From: Batkoa obscura
Taxonomy: Eukaryota
Assembly: GCA_030770535.1 (NCBI GenBank)
Contig: JASVEC010000001.1
Location: forward strand, 1,488,001-1,552,000
Direction of reading: 5' to 3'
DNA: 64,000 nucleotides
The notes beneath the pieces are model-generated. The model made no database searches, was not told the DNA's origin, and saw only the letters and a program-made list of their open reading frames with translations. A program made the position numbers and the translations under genes. This document shows positions 23,409-35,455 of the stretch, in pieces. Within the stretch, counting starts at the first letter, position 1. Each line of letters starts with the position of its first letter.

Positions 23409-23506
23409 AGGGGTGTTTTTTTTTGGTTTCATTATTTTTTCCATTTTTTAAGCGCTATTCAAGTGGAAAGATTGTTAGTAAAATCCTTAAACACAAATAC
23501 ATCTCC
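23409..23506 (+). mobile_element. MITE copy 10
   Basis: Family core, ATAT flanks. Confidence 0.85.
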
Positions 23507-24493
23507 ATATAAAATTGGCCATAACTATTTTTATATACGATAACTATGCATAAATTTTAGCTTTATTAATTTTATAATTTTTTTCAATCAGCTTTTTATT
23601 TAACAGTTCAATCATAACTACAGTTTAACAGAAATTACTTTTAAAAAAATACAAATGAATTAAAATTCACAACAGTCTCAGCTTTTAATACAAGAACTAT
23701 CAAGGGATTTTTCAAAAATATGTCTGAATTTTAACTGTACTTATTGGTTTACAGTTATAAGCTTGATATAAATATTGACATAATGTAAAATGATCTAACT
23801 ATCAAGCTATCAAGCTATCAAGAGTAGCTGTTAGTATGTACAATAGTTTTAAAGATAAATGAACCATATGCTATAGTTCTATGATTTTAACAATTTAGAA
23901 TAGATAGAGATTATCAAGTATTAAAAATTTCAAAAAATAGAAATGCCATTTTCTAATGATTAATTAAAATTGGCTTGTGATATAAAAAAGAAGATAAATG
24001 GCATTTAGTCAAGGAAGTAAAAAACCTTATTTTTAATAATGTATTATCGGTTTAAGGGCATAACAATAAACAGTAGAAATAAAATAAAAGTAAACTGTTA
24101 ATAACCTTTTGGCCATTTTCGGTTAGTCGGGAGTAGTAAACAAAAAGTTTTCCCCACTATATCTTGGCCAATTAATTTTACAGCTATATTTAACTATCAC
24201 TTGTAGTCAAAGCTTAAACATTGACCAATCAATTAATAGCGCATTTTCAAATAACTTTATGAAATTTTAATAATATTATATTAAGAGATATCAAATAGAT
24301 CAAAATTTTATATTTCGTGGGGAAAATGAATATGTTTCAAAGGATCCATAGAAAATAAATAAAGCCATTGTATATAAATAAGAAGGACAAACAGTTTTAA
24401 TGACTACCTTGATTTAGTTTACTTAATTCTTTTTATTCTACTTAATTTTATTTAATTCACTATTTACTCTCCCATTAACTAAACTAATTAAAA

Positions 24494-26221
24494 ATGGGTT
24501 TGAAATCTATTCTCTGCGCATTCCTTTATCTTTCAGCTTCAATTAATGGTCAATGTAATACCGTTTATCAAAGAAAAGAAATAAGACAGCTAAGTAGTGC
24601 TGAAATCCAAGCATTTTTTCAAGCTGTGAGAACATTAAATTCTGGTAATCAACCCAGCAAATATGCCAGTTTTGTTAAAACTCATTTAACTTATGCTCCA
24701 AATAACCACGGTACTGCTAACTTTTTAATATGGCATCGCTTGTTTTTACGTGAGTTTGAGAAAGCATTGCAAGCTATAAATCCAAATGTAGCGTTACCTT
24801 ATTGGAATTGGTCATATGATTCTCAAGCTCCAGAGTTAAGTGGTGTCCTTTCAGATAACTACTTTGGTGGCGAAGGTACTGGTCAAAACAACTGTGTTAC
24901 TAAAGGCCAATTTGCCAACTGGGAATGCTATTATGATTATAATATTAATGCCAGTCCGCATTGCTTAGCTCGTAAGTTTAACGGAGGTGATGGAACAATA
25001 TCTGCCTTTTATTCCCCAGAAGCTATCCAATCGCTTATTACAAACTCGAAAACTTATGATCAATTGAGACAACAAATTGAATACGCACCGCACGGTTCAG
25101 TTCATAATGGAGTTGGTGGCGATATGCAAACAATGGCTAGCACTAACGACCCCTTATTTTGGCTCCATCATGCTTTTATTGATAAAATATACCATGACTG
25201 GCAGCAAGCAAACCCAAGTTTAGCTAATGTTATTAACGGCAAAAATCAAAACAACCGTGATGTAAGTCTTAATGACGTACAAGTACCTTTTAATGTTCCT
25301 TCTTCTGCGGGCTTAGACATTAACTCCCTCTGTTATGTTTATATCCAAGATGGTGTTGATATTACCAAACCACCTCAAGTTAATAATACAATGCCTAATC
25401 CTACTTCTTCCTCTTCAAGTTCAAGCGCCACTCCTACTTCTACCTTACCCTCCTCAAATTCAAGTGTCGGATCGTCTTCAAGCTCAGGCAGTAGCTCCTC
25501 TACTACTTCTGGATCAAACACTTCTACTTCTACTTCTTCATCCTCTGGTCCAGCTTCATCTACTCCATCATCGAGCACTAGTAGTCATGGATCTTATCCC
25601 ACTTATAGTCCTTATATTCCTATTCCAAGCTATTTACCAATCAAATACAATCAGCTCAATATTAACATTACAATCGGAGTTGGTGTTCCAATTTATAACA
25701 ACATTCCTATCACAGGACCGAGCTACAATGATCGTCAAGATCCATACAAACTAAGGTTGCCTAAACCATTGCCCGAAAGTTGGGCTAGAATGAACAATTA
25801 CCCATTGACTTTGGTACGTGAACAAGAATCTAAGTTAGCTCAAATTATTTCCGCTTATAATCAAATTGGATTTAAATCCCCAGTTTGTTTAGCCAAACGC
25901 CCAGATCTTTCTTCTCATTTAAGTATCAAATTACCAATCATTAATTTTCCCATTCTCAAGCCCCTCCCCTTTGCTCATCCTAATTATAATCCTAATATCA
26001 GTCTCCCAGATAATGATAATAGCTATCCTACTTCTACTTCAGATTATAATACTTCTCCAACTTCTGCTTCAGATTATGACTCTAATTCCCCAACAAGCAC
26101 CCAAGATTGTGATCAAACTGTGTCCACATCATCCAAGCGTAAGCATAAGAAGCATCATACTAAGCATCAGGCTAAGTCTAATAATCAACCAACATATGTT
26201 TTGCCAATTTATGGATATTAA
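24494..26221 (+). CDS. Secreted tyrosinase (type-3 di-copper) with Ser/Thr-rich linker and C-terminal extension
   Basis: Signal peptide, RKEIRQLS, CuA H...HGTANFLIWHR, CuB HGSVH...DPLFWLHHAFIDK. Confidence 0.95.
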   Translation: MGLKSILCAFLYLSASINGQCNTVYQRKEIRQLSSAEIQAFFQAVRTLNSGNQPSKYASFVKTHLTYAPNNHGTANFLIWHRLFLREFEKALQAINPNVALPYWNWSYDSQAPELSGVLSDNYFGGEGTGQNNCVTKGQFANWECYYDYNINASPHCLARKFNGGDGTISAFYSPEAIQSLITNSKTYDQLRQQIEYAPHGSVHNGVGGDMQTMASTNDPLFWLHHAFIDKIYHDWQQANPSLANVINGKNQNNRDVSLNDVQVPFNVPSSAGLDINSLCYVYIQDGVDITKPPQVNNTMPNPTSSSSSSSATPTSTLPSSNSSVGSSSSSGSSSSTTSGSNTSTSTSSSSGPASSTPSSSTSSHGSYPTYSPYIPIPSYLPIKYNQLNINITIGVGVPIYNNIPITGPSYNDRQDPYKLRLPKPLPESWARMNNYPLTLVREQESKLAQIISAYNQIGFKSPVCLAKRPDLSSHLSIKLPIINFPILKPLPFAHPNYNPNISLPDNDNSYPTSTSDYNTSPTSASDYDSNSPTSTQDCDQTVSTSSKRKHKKHHTKHQAKSNNQPTYVLPIYGY

Positions 26222-26339
26222 ACTCTTTAATAATTTTTCAAGTTTAATAAAAAATCAATGCTGTATTAAAGAATTTTATACTTTTTTAACATTCATGTTA
26301 AGATTATCAAGATAAGGTGGATTTTATCATTTATTTACA

Positions 26340-27123
26340 GGGTTTTCCAGCAGGAATTAACAGCGTTTTGCCTGTTTCAATTGAGTTGCTCCACATTTTA
26401 TATAAAAAATTGCAGCTTAAAACTTAGCTAATTAATTTATCGTTACCTAAAAAAATATTAATAATTCAAATGAACAATAATATATCTCAATAATAAGTGT
26501 TTTATAAAAGGCTTTATTGTTAAAGATTTTATATTAGAGTAGCTTGCAGTTAAATGTTTTTCGATGTTTTTAATTTGTAGCTAAATTTTTTTAATATAAA
26601 CTAAGAATAATATCAAGATCGTAGTACTTAAACTCATTTTAAAAAAATCTAGCTATAAAAAACAATGGATGTCATCTAATTGGAAACTGCTGTAGTTTTT
26701 TATTTTTATTTCAAATTATCCTTTAATTTTAATTAACTTTGGAGTATAATTTCATTTATTTTTAAAAAGTTCTGCCACATTTTATTAAAAAAAAGTTGAC
26801 GCTTCTAGAAAATTATACAAAAGCAAAAGTCTCAAAAATACAATTTGCGCTGTTTTTTTGTGTTGAATAATGACAGCCAAAATTGAAATTATTGAACATT
26901 ATTCAGAATGTGACAAATAGCTGTTAAATTTGCCTATATTTTTTTACATCGACCTAAAACAACTGTAGATATTTATGAAATGATTAAATAGCTTAAAATT
27001 AAATTTTAAGCGGTAAAAATTGGTTTAAAACTTCACATAAAAATTTAGAAGCATTTTTTCTTTTAATAAATTTTAATGCATTGAGAACAGGTGAAACACT
27101 ATTGAAATCGAAAGGAAACCCCC
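26340..27123. mobile_element. Possible decayed TIR element (~780 bp)
   Basis: Imperfect ~45-bp inverted repeats: GGGTTTTCC...AACAGCGTTTTGCCTGTTTCAAT / ATTGAGAACAGGTGAAACACTATT...GGAAACCCCC. No ORF inside. Confidence 0.4.
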
Positions 27124-27617
27124 ATGCCGTTTGACGAGCCGACTCTTTTCACAAGGTAGTTAACAAAATTGGATAAAAAAATGAAATCAATTCGGACATC
27201 CCCATATATTTATTTTGATCAAATGTTACTATAATTTAATATCGAATTTATTGCCGAATTTAATATATTGAACTGGGTATTTAACAAGTCCGATTTAATT
27301 AACTTACTTTTATAAAGCTTACTTTTATTTCTTTGATTTTATCGCTTTTAATTCTACCTTTTAATTCCTTGTCCTTTTTTATGATCCTAGTACTATAAAA
27401 ACTAATACAAATACTTTGAATTTTTATTTTTAATTAAATTCAATTATCTACATTTTATAATCAAATATATTCTTTAAGTAATCATATTAATATATTGACT
27501 TACTCCATTCCTTCCACTTTCTTCAAAATATACATTATCAATTCACTTTGAAATTAATACTTAATATTAGCATATTGGTTGATTACCATGATTTCTTATA
27601 TAATTTCATTTGTGTAT

Positions 27618-27714
27618 AGGGGTGTATTTTTTATTTAAGAATTTTACTAGCAGTTTTTCCACTCAAATAGCACTTTGAAAATGGAAAAAGTGATGAAACC
27701 AAAAAAACACCTTC
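27618..27714 (-). mobile_element. MITE copy 11
   Basis: Reverse-orientation family core. Confidence 0.82.
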
Positions 27715-28054
27715 ATATAAATTTATAGGTCTTAACTTAAATGGTTGAATACCTAGACTGTTGCATTAAATACTGTAAATGGGATAATATTTAATAATAT
27801 CATTACTTAGTTATTCAATGAACTCAGTTTTAATTAAATTCAAGATTTGCCCAAAAAACTCTAGATTTCATTGTTAGATCTTCATCCAAATCATTCTTCC
27901 TTAATTCGTTGAATTTCCAAAAAAAAATCCAATCAAAAAGAAATCATCCAAAGTTTAATTATCCCATAAAATTCAATCCAATCGCTTGTAAATTGATAAT
28001 TCAGATCAAGTTCCAAGTTTCCATTTATTCCAATATTCAAAAAATAAAATTTCA

Positions 28055-28471
28055 ATGAGTTTATTCACTAAATTACCATTATTGAAATCCAGCCTTCAAA
28101 CACCATTATACACCAGCTTCCGTAGCTTACAACAAAAAGCGTTATATCTTGGTAACATACCCTTTAATTTACAACGTGAAGAGTTAGAAGATTTAGTCAG
28201 TAAATATGGTACCATTTATCGTTTAAGTTATCCAACGGATCCATTAGGTCGATTCAAAGGTATTGCTTTTGTTAACTATGAAAGTAGTGTAGCCGATAAA
28301 GTATTAGAAGAATTAAATGGGGCTTATATTAAGGGTCGAAGTATTAAAGTCGCTTTGGCTAAAATGCAACCTGGGGATGAGATTGTTCAAGATAGAGAAG
28401 AGGAAGGTGTTGCAGGTAGAATTGTGGAGAAAATTGAACAGGATTCTGAAAAGAAGGGTGACTTAGAGTAA
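28055..28471 (+). CDS. Single-RRM RNA-binding protein, probably mitochondrial
   Basis: RNP2 LYLGNI, RNP1 KGIAFVNY, acid-free presequence-like N-terminus. Confidence 0.88.
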   Translation: MSLFTKLPLLKSSLQTPLYTSFRSLQQKALYLGNIPFNLQREELEDLVSKYGTIYRLSYPTDPLGRFKGIAFVNYESSVADKVLEELNGAYIKGRSIKVALAKMQPGDEIVQDREEEGVAGRIVEKIEQDSEKKGDLE

Positions 28472-29273
28472 ATTGGGATCAGATATAGAAATTTCTTATG
28501 ATAGGCGAGAATAATAATAAATTAGAGTGCATATAATTTTATGAGAAGATGGAATAAAATTTTAGTTTTTAATAAAAAAACAAAATATAATTAATGTGTT
28601 AATTCTAATGCTATAATTTTGGTTAAACTATGTCTAAAGTGTACTACCTAGATGTTTATTAAGGTTCAAGCTATTCTTTTTCAGAGATAGAATTGAATAT
28701 AGTTTAATAGATCCAAATACCAAACTTTATTTAATACTTACAGTAAAAATTTTAAAATTCTTTAGCATTTAGTTTCAAATTTCAACAATTTTTATAAATT
28801 CTTTAAATAGGAGACACTTAAGTAAATAAACTTAAGAGGATTCAGTATGCTTACAAGTTAAAGAAAGGTGCACTTATTAAAAGCGCGTCCCTTTATTCAC
28901 TTTTGAATACTTATTTTTTTCAACTTTATTATCTAATTTAATTTTTAATAATAAACTAAAATCCTCCTTTAATTTTAACTCGATTTGAACATTCTTATAT
29001 AACCAAGTGCTAAATAATGGGCACATTTAACTTTTTCAATTGTTACAATTCATAGTTTGTAAAAGTAGTAGTATCCAATTAAATATTTAAATTCACACTA
29101 TTTATAAACTCAATTGGTGGTCCCTATTTTTTAAATAAAATTGTACTGATTAGGAGGTCAAATGTAGATGTACTGTTATTTCACACTTGGTTATAAGTTA
29201 ATTTTCTACACTTTATTTTTTTATACTTTATTTTTTTATTGTTCTTTACCACTCAAATTCCAATTTTAAAAAA

Positions 29274-31356
29274 AGTAAGTTACAACACAAGATCCATTAC
29301 AACCAGTACATTTATCTAACCTTAATCCATAGTGTCCGAACAAGAATACGACCAAAACGTTTATCCAGAATTCGATGACAATTATAATGATAATGATAAT
29401 GATATTCATTCATTAACAACAAGTATAAATCAATTAAATCATATGGATAGATTACGGCTCAAAAGAGTTATAAAGATGAAAAAAGCTGATTACACTTCAG
29501 CATTAGCCACGGCAACTCATATAATAACTTTAGAAAATTGTAATTTTAACGACCAATTATGCGTATGTGATATCTATTATAGGTTAGGGAATTATGAAAA
29601 GTGTTTAGAAAGTATGAAAGAGTATGAAATTGAGGATTTAGTTCTAGAATGGAAATGCTATCTTGGATTGAAACAATATGATAAAGTGATTGGGAGTGGA
29701 AAGTTTTTGGAAAGTATAAATTATGATTATGATTATGATTATGAAATAGAGGAGAGACAGAATATAAGTCAATTATATGTATTACGTGGACTGGCATTTA
29801 TTTCTAAAAGGGCGCTCTTCAGAGGTAAAAATAATTTAACTAAAGGATTTCAAATGAATTATTTTAATCAAGAGCCATTGACTTATTTAATGAAATATAA
29901 GTTATTGGATAGAACTTCAATAAGAGAATTGATCACTTTGAATAATTGGCACCAAAGTACGGAAGATGAGGAAAAAAAGTTTTTAGAGAGGAAGAAAGAG
30001 TATTTGATTTATTTTTTAAATGAAATGGAGGAGAAAGAGTATTTGGAGTTTGATATCAACAATAGGGAATATGGTGATAATCTACTATTAACTGTGGGTA
30101 AAATAGCGTTTAAAAAAGGGGACTTTAAAAAATGTCAAGATATATATGAAGTATATATTAATAGATATACACCTAACGTGGAAAGTTTAGATGAATTTAT
30201 TTATTGTTTATATTATTTAAAGGATATAGAAGGACTGATCAGGATTCGACAATTAATACATGATACGGATGAAAATTCAGCTCAATCTTTATTAGTTAAT
30301 GGAATTATTTTTAAATTTAATGAAAGATGTGATAAATGTTATGACTGTTTTGAAATGATAATAGAAAAACATCCAAATTATATAATAGGATCGTTGATTA
30401 TTAGTGACATTATGATCAACCTACAAAGCTATGAAAAAGTATTAAGGTTATTAATAAATACAGTAACATTAGAAAAAGAAACTATCATGGCATATGTATT
30501 ATTAATTAAATATTATAGAATAATTAAAAATAAAGAGGAGGGTATATTTTATTATAATTTACTTAACAAAAGAGTTAAAAAACATCCTGAATATGACAAT
30601 CCAATAGTCCATTTTGAAATGGGTTTATTTGTATTTGGGGAATCGATAAAGAGCTCAACAATTGCAAGGAGTAGGTTTATGAAGGCTTTAATGGAAATTG
30701 AAAAAGTAGGGTGTAAAAAAGAATATTTGGATATATTAGAATTACTTTATTTAAAGTTAGGAAAATGTCAAATGATTTTGAAAGAGTTTGAATATGCAAT
30801 GGGGAACTTTAGTAAATGCTTAGAAATTAACCCATTGAATTTTGAGGGATTATTAGGAAGATCGAGAGCACTATTGGAAATTTCAAAAATTTGTTTAGAA
30901 ATGAACAGTGGATTTGGAGATTCTAAAAAGACGGAGGAATATATTAATAAGATTGCAAATAGATCAACGATAAATAAGAAAAGAAAGAGAATTGAAGTAG
31001 ATGTTAAAGAACTAGACCCTAATACCTTACATGAACAAAGCAAAAAGGATTATCGACAATTAGCCAGCATTGATCCCACCAACAGAGAGTTGCAAAAAGA
31101 ATATGAAAAATTAAATAATTTTAATTTACATTATGGCGTTAAAGCAATGGGCAACGACAAATCGAATTCTTTTCCATTATTTCCAAGCTTTCAGTTGCCT
31201 GCTCCTTCAAGTTTTATGGAGGAAAGACAGAAGGAATATTTAAAAAATAAGAGGTCCAGAGTGAAAGAGGATTCCTTAATTATTATTCAAAAATTATTGA
31301 GAAGTGAATATCATGAACCTATTATGATGAATCAGTTAAAGCCTGATTTCATGTAA
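29274..31356 (+). CDS. TPR-repeat protein, divergent APC/C subunit Cdc16/APC6-like
   Basis: 674-aa helical TPR-like ORF. LYVLRGLAF...NQEPLTYLMKYKLL resembles the Cdc16 N-terminal region. The ATG is formed by splicing intron 29275-29332 (A|TG). Confidence 0.6.
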
Positions 31357-32094
31357 ACTGGTAGAGTATGTGTTTTAAGGTGATAGATGAGCTTTAAATT
31401 ACAAATCTTATTAATATGTTTATATTATGTTTAAATAATATTATTTTTATTGAAGGGAAGATCATATGATAATGATTCGGCTGGACCGCTATTAAAACAT
31501 CCATGGATAAGTAAGAAAGTGAAGGGTTGAGGCCTTAGATTATTTCCGCTTTCCATTAATTATTGAGAATTCTTATCAACTAATTAACCACTTAGGAATT
31601 TTTCTCTTTCAAGAATTTAAATGGTACTTGTTTTTTAAACAAGTCATCAATGTAACTATAAATAAAAACAAAAACTGAGGATAATTAATAATTTTATTAT
31701 TTTGAAATTCATTCTATTTATAATATTAACAATACGAACTTTCAGTCCGATATTGATTTTTAAAAGATTTCTAGATTAATTTATTAGCATGATTTTGACA
31801 CTTGTAATTGCTAGAATATCTCTCCTCAATTTTAATAAATTTGATCCAAAAATAGTTTTATTATAAAATATAAATTTGTAATATTTTATATCAAATTACC
31901 AAAGGTATTGAAATTGGACTATTAATTGTCAACCCGCTATAAAATAATCCAGTAATAAATGAAGGAAAGGATAATGATATTAATAATAATGATTAAAAAT
32001 ATACATAATAAATAACTCAAACTAATTCAAAAGGGTATATAACAACCCATGATGACTCTATAATATTAATAAAAAATTATAAAAAATAAAACTA

Positions 32095-33411
32095 ATGAAT
32101 TTAACTGGTTTAAAATTACTATCATTATATTTACTTATAACTGAAGCCAGTTCTTCACCATTGAGTTTATATCGTCGCCATGGAAATGAAAATCATTCTA
32201 CTATGTCCAATATGAATAATAATAGTCCAATGGAATCAAATAATGATGCTGGACATCCAATGATGTCTAATATGGCTACTAATCAACCATGTGATCATTC
32301 TAAGTTACAGCGTCGTCATGGGGAGGAAGACCATTTATCAATGCCTGGTATGGAAATTATGGCTAATATGGAAGACATGCCAAATATGAATAACAATACT
32401 CCAATGGAATCTCAGTCTAACCAAGGCCGCTCTAATATGCCCAACATGGGTACCAAACAACCATGCGATCACTCTAAATTACAACGTCGTCATGGTGATG
32501 AAAATCATGCCAATATGCCAAATGAAGCGTTTATGCAAAATATGGATACTATGGAAGATATGTCAGATATGCCAGATATGCCAGGAATGGAAAATATGGC
32601 TACTGATAGTGCCCCAATGGAAAGTACCATGATGTCAGGTGATGCTTCAATGGAAAATATGTCCAATATGCCAAACATGGATCAAAATACTCAAATGGAT
32701 AGTAACATGATGTCCGGTGATGCCTCAACGAAAAACATGGCTGATAGCAATGGCCCAATGTCTAATATGGCTGCTTTCAGTGCTCCAATCGAATCTCAAG
32801 CTACTGAAGACCATTCAGCTATGCCAAATATGGGTATTAAAACTCCATGTAAACATTCTAAATTGCAACGTCGTCATGGAGATGAAGACCACTCTGTTAT
32901 GCCAATGCCCAATAAGGCTGCTCCACAAGATCATTCTAATATGCCAATGCCAAATAATGCCCCGATGCCAGCTGTTACTATGTCAGATAAAGTTGAAAAT
33001 TATCCAATTTATACTAATTCTAATGGGATTTATAAATGTAAAGCAGATTATGGGACTGATAATATGAATAATAATCAAAATAATAACAATAACAATAACC
33101 AAAACAATAACAATAACCAAAACAATAACAACAACCAAAACAAATATCCTACCAATCCTAATTATGATGGCGGTAATCAAAATAACAATAAATATCCAAC
33201 AAACCCAACTTATAACAATATTGATGAATCTAAACAATCCCAAGATCAAAAAGCAGATACTCAAATTGGCCATGGTACTGTTGAGGAAGGAAAAAAGGGA
33301 ATTGATATGTCTAAAATGAAAATGCCAGCTGTTAAAATTCCAATAGTTGGAGATCCGTTATCCATGGCTGATCCCAGGTATTTATTAAAATGGATTGTAC
33401 CTAAGATTTAA
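32095..33411 (+). CDS. Secreted Kex2-processed repeat polyprotein (4x RR|HGxExH, Met-rich), PIVG-tail family member 3
   Basis: Signal peptide, LYRR|HGNENH, then three PCxHSKLQRR|HGxExH junctions, YTNSNGIYKCKADY, poly-N, VKIPIVGDPL. Confidence 0.92.
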   Translation: MNLTGLKLLSLYLLITEASSSPLSLYRRHGNENHSTMSNMNNNSPMESNNDAGHPMMSNMATNQPCDHSKLQRRHGEEDHLSMPGMEIMANMEDMPNMNNNTPMESQSNQGRSNMPNMGTKQPCDHSKLQRRHGDENHANMPNEAFMQNMDTMEDMSDMPDMPGMENMATDSAPMESTMMSGDASMENMSNMPNMDQNTQMDSNMMSGDASTKNMADSNGPMSNMAAFSAPIESQATEDHSAMPNMGIKTPCKHSKLQRRHGDEDHSVMPMPNKAAPQDHSNMPMPNNAPMPAVTMSDKVENYPIYTNSNGIYKCKADYGTDNMNNNQNNNNNNNQNNNNNQNNNNNQNKYPTNPNYDGGNQNNNKYPTNPTYNNIDESKQSQDQKADTQIGHGTVEEGKKGIDMSKMKMPAVKIPIVGDPLSMADPRYLLKWIVPKI

Positions 33412-34019
33412 AAAAAGGATTGATTATATTAAATTAATAAATAAAGACTAATTTTTAAAATTTTTAAATATTTAAGTTTGTTTTTTTATGATATTTGAAG
33501 AAATCGAAGTTTAATAATACAAGGAGTTAATTATATAATCATAATTTTGTTAGATTGGTATTATTAATTAAAGTTGTAATTAGAATATACTATTTTCTGA
33601 TATTAAGTATCTGAACCCTTTGTTATTACATTGAATTGATAATTTTGAAAATGCTTAACTTTATATCCTGTGTTGTTAGGATTACCGATCAGATTTTTCT
33701 TAGTCTTTACTATAAAACCAATCTATCCTTGGGTATAGATAATAAGTAAGAAATGGTGAAAACTCTTACCCAAAAAGCTTCAATACAACCAATTACATAT
33801 CAAACCCTACTAAAATAGTATGATAACATTAAGCATTAAACTCAGAAAGCTAACTCTTTCATTGAGTCTTGATCTAACTTGAATTCAAGTCTTCCTTCTT
33901 TTATTTTATATCTTATTTCTTTTATCAACTTTGATTGTCTTAAGAAGATCAAATCTCCAATATGAACAAGTGATGCCAAAAAATACTTAAATGTGATATA
34001 ATAACAATAAGTACATACA

Positions 34020-34111
34020 GATATCGTCTTTGGTTTATTACTGTTTCATTTAATAAGTGCTATTAAGTGGAAAAAAGATTAATAAATCCCTTAAATAAAA
34101 GATCATTCTTG
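34020..34111 (+). mobile_element. MITE copy 12 (highly decayed)
   Basis: TTTGGTTTATTACTG...TAAGTGCTATTAAGTGGAAAAA...CCTTAAATAAAAAGATCATTC aligns loosely with the family; boundaries approximate. Confidence 0.45.
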
Positions 34112-34722
34112 TATATCAAATAAAAACTAAGTATAAAAATACTAGCACTAAAAAAATATATTAATCAATTGGATTGGGATTAATTTAAAACATTTATTTA
34201 GCCAAGGTGTTTATAACTATTTTAAGTAGCTTTGTTTAATATAACATATCAATATATTTACAACAATTGAATAACAAAATTAATACTTTTGTTCTTTATT
34301 TAAATACAATTAATTTTTAAAAGTATTGTTTTAATTTTATTAAAATCGTTAAAGGTTATTGCTTAACAATTTAAATATCAATTTAGAAAAATAGTTTTAC
34401 AAAAATATTATAATATTTCAATAAGATGACAATTTCATTTAGTTTGACTTTGAGTACTAATATAATTTGTATTTGAGATTAAGTCATCTAAAAATGCTAA
34501 ATCTTTACAGAACTTGTGAATGTATCATTTTAGTATTTTGATCTGTTCAAATTTACTAATTTTAAACTTTATTATTGGCTTAACATTTATTTAGCTAATC
34601 ACATTAAAAAAGTATATCTTTAAATGAGTTGACATCATAAATACCTCATATTTAACTGAATCTTTAGTCCTTAATAAATTAACTAATTGAAAATTCAGAA
34701 ATTATCTCATAGTTATTTTGCT

Positions 34723-35060
34723 GCACATTTCAGACATCAAAGTAAAAAAAGTCAATTTTCCTCTCTATTTGTTTCTTTATTCATCAGTTAGTTTTACTTT
34801 ATTCATTAGTAGTAAACTCAGTCCTGGGCTACTTGGTCGTGATGAAGGTTCCGCTGAGCTATCGGATTAGTTTAGCCTAGTGCTCTGCTGTTATCGACAG
34901 GCTAGAGCAGTTTGTAGTTAAAACTGGGCACTTTGTGCATACTATTAATCCTTGATGGTGATTGGGACCTGGTGGGTTTATCCTTGTTTAGGGCCAACAA
35001 CTAGAACTCAAAGCCTTCATCTATTGAGTAGAAGCGGATGTCTGCTTGTGCTTTTTTTTT
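34723..35060 (+). ncRNA. Candidate structured ncRNA of unknown class (~330 nt, ends in T9)
   Basis: Its 3' ~240 nt form a GC-enriched island with no ORF. Nested long-range stems: 34723-34738/35037-35051, 34816-22/35023-29, 34841-50/35012-21. Local hairpins. G-U wobbles favour the + strand. T9 follows immediately. Confidence 0.5.
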
Positions 35061-35455
35061 ATATAAACAAATAATAATCCTAAAATCCTGAAGTATGATA
35101 ATTAATTATACTTAAAAACTGTTGTTACTATTATATAAGATAGTAAATTAACTTTTTATTTAAACTATTAAATTACTTGATACACATTAGTATTATTAAA
35201 TGTTTACACTGTGTACTAATCAAGTAGTATATAACTCAATCATAATAGTTGTTTTAAAAGGCTTTTAACTTATTTCAGTAGATTAAATTATAAATATATT
35301 ATTATAAAACTTTATTATAGTTTTAACTATGTTAATTACTAAAAGTAGGTAGTGTTGTATAAGGTTCCTTAAAAATGGTAACATACTATTTTAATCAAAA
35401 ATTAAGACAAGTCAATTAAACATATAAAATTATTTATTAAACTATAAAACTACCC

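Noticed and set aside
34841..35000. TPP riboswitch, RNase P, SRP or C/D snoRNA identity for the structured island
   Set aside because: Only partial motif resemblance (GCTGAG...ACCTG; TGATGA). The essential GCG/UGAU, CR-I/CR-V order, GNRA helix 8 and terminal box D were not found, so it is left unassigned.
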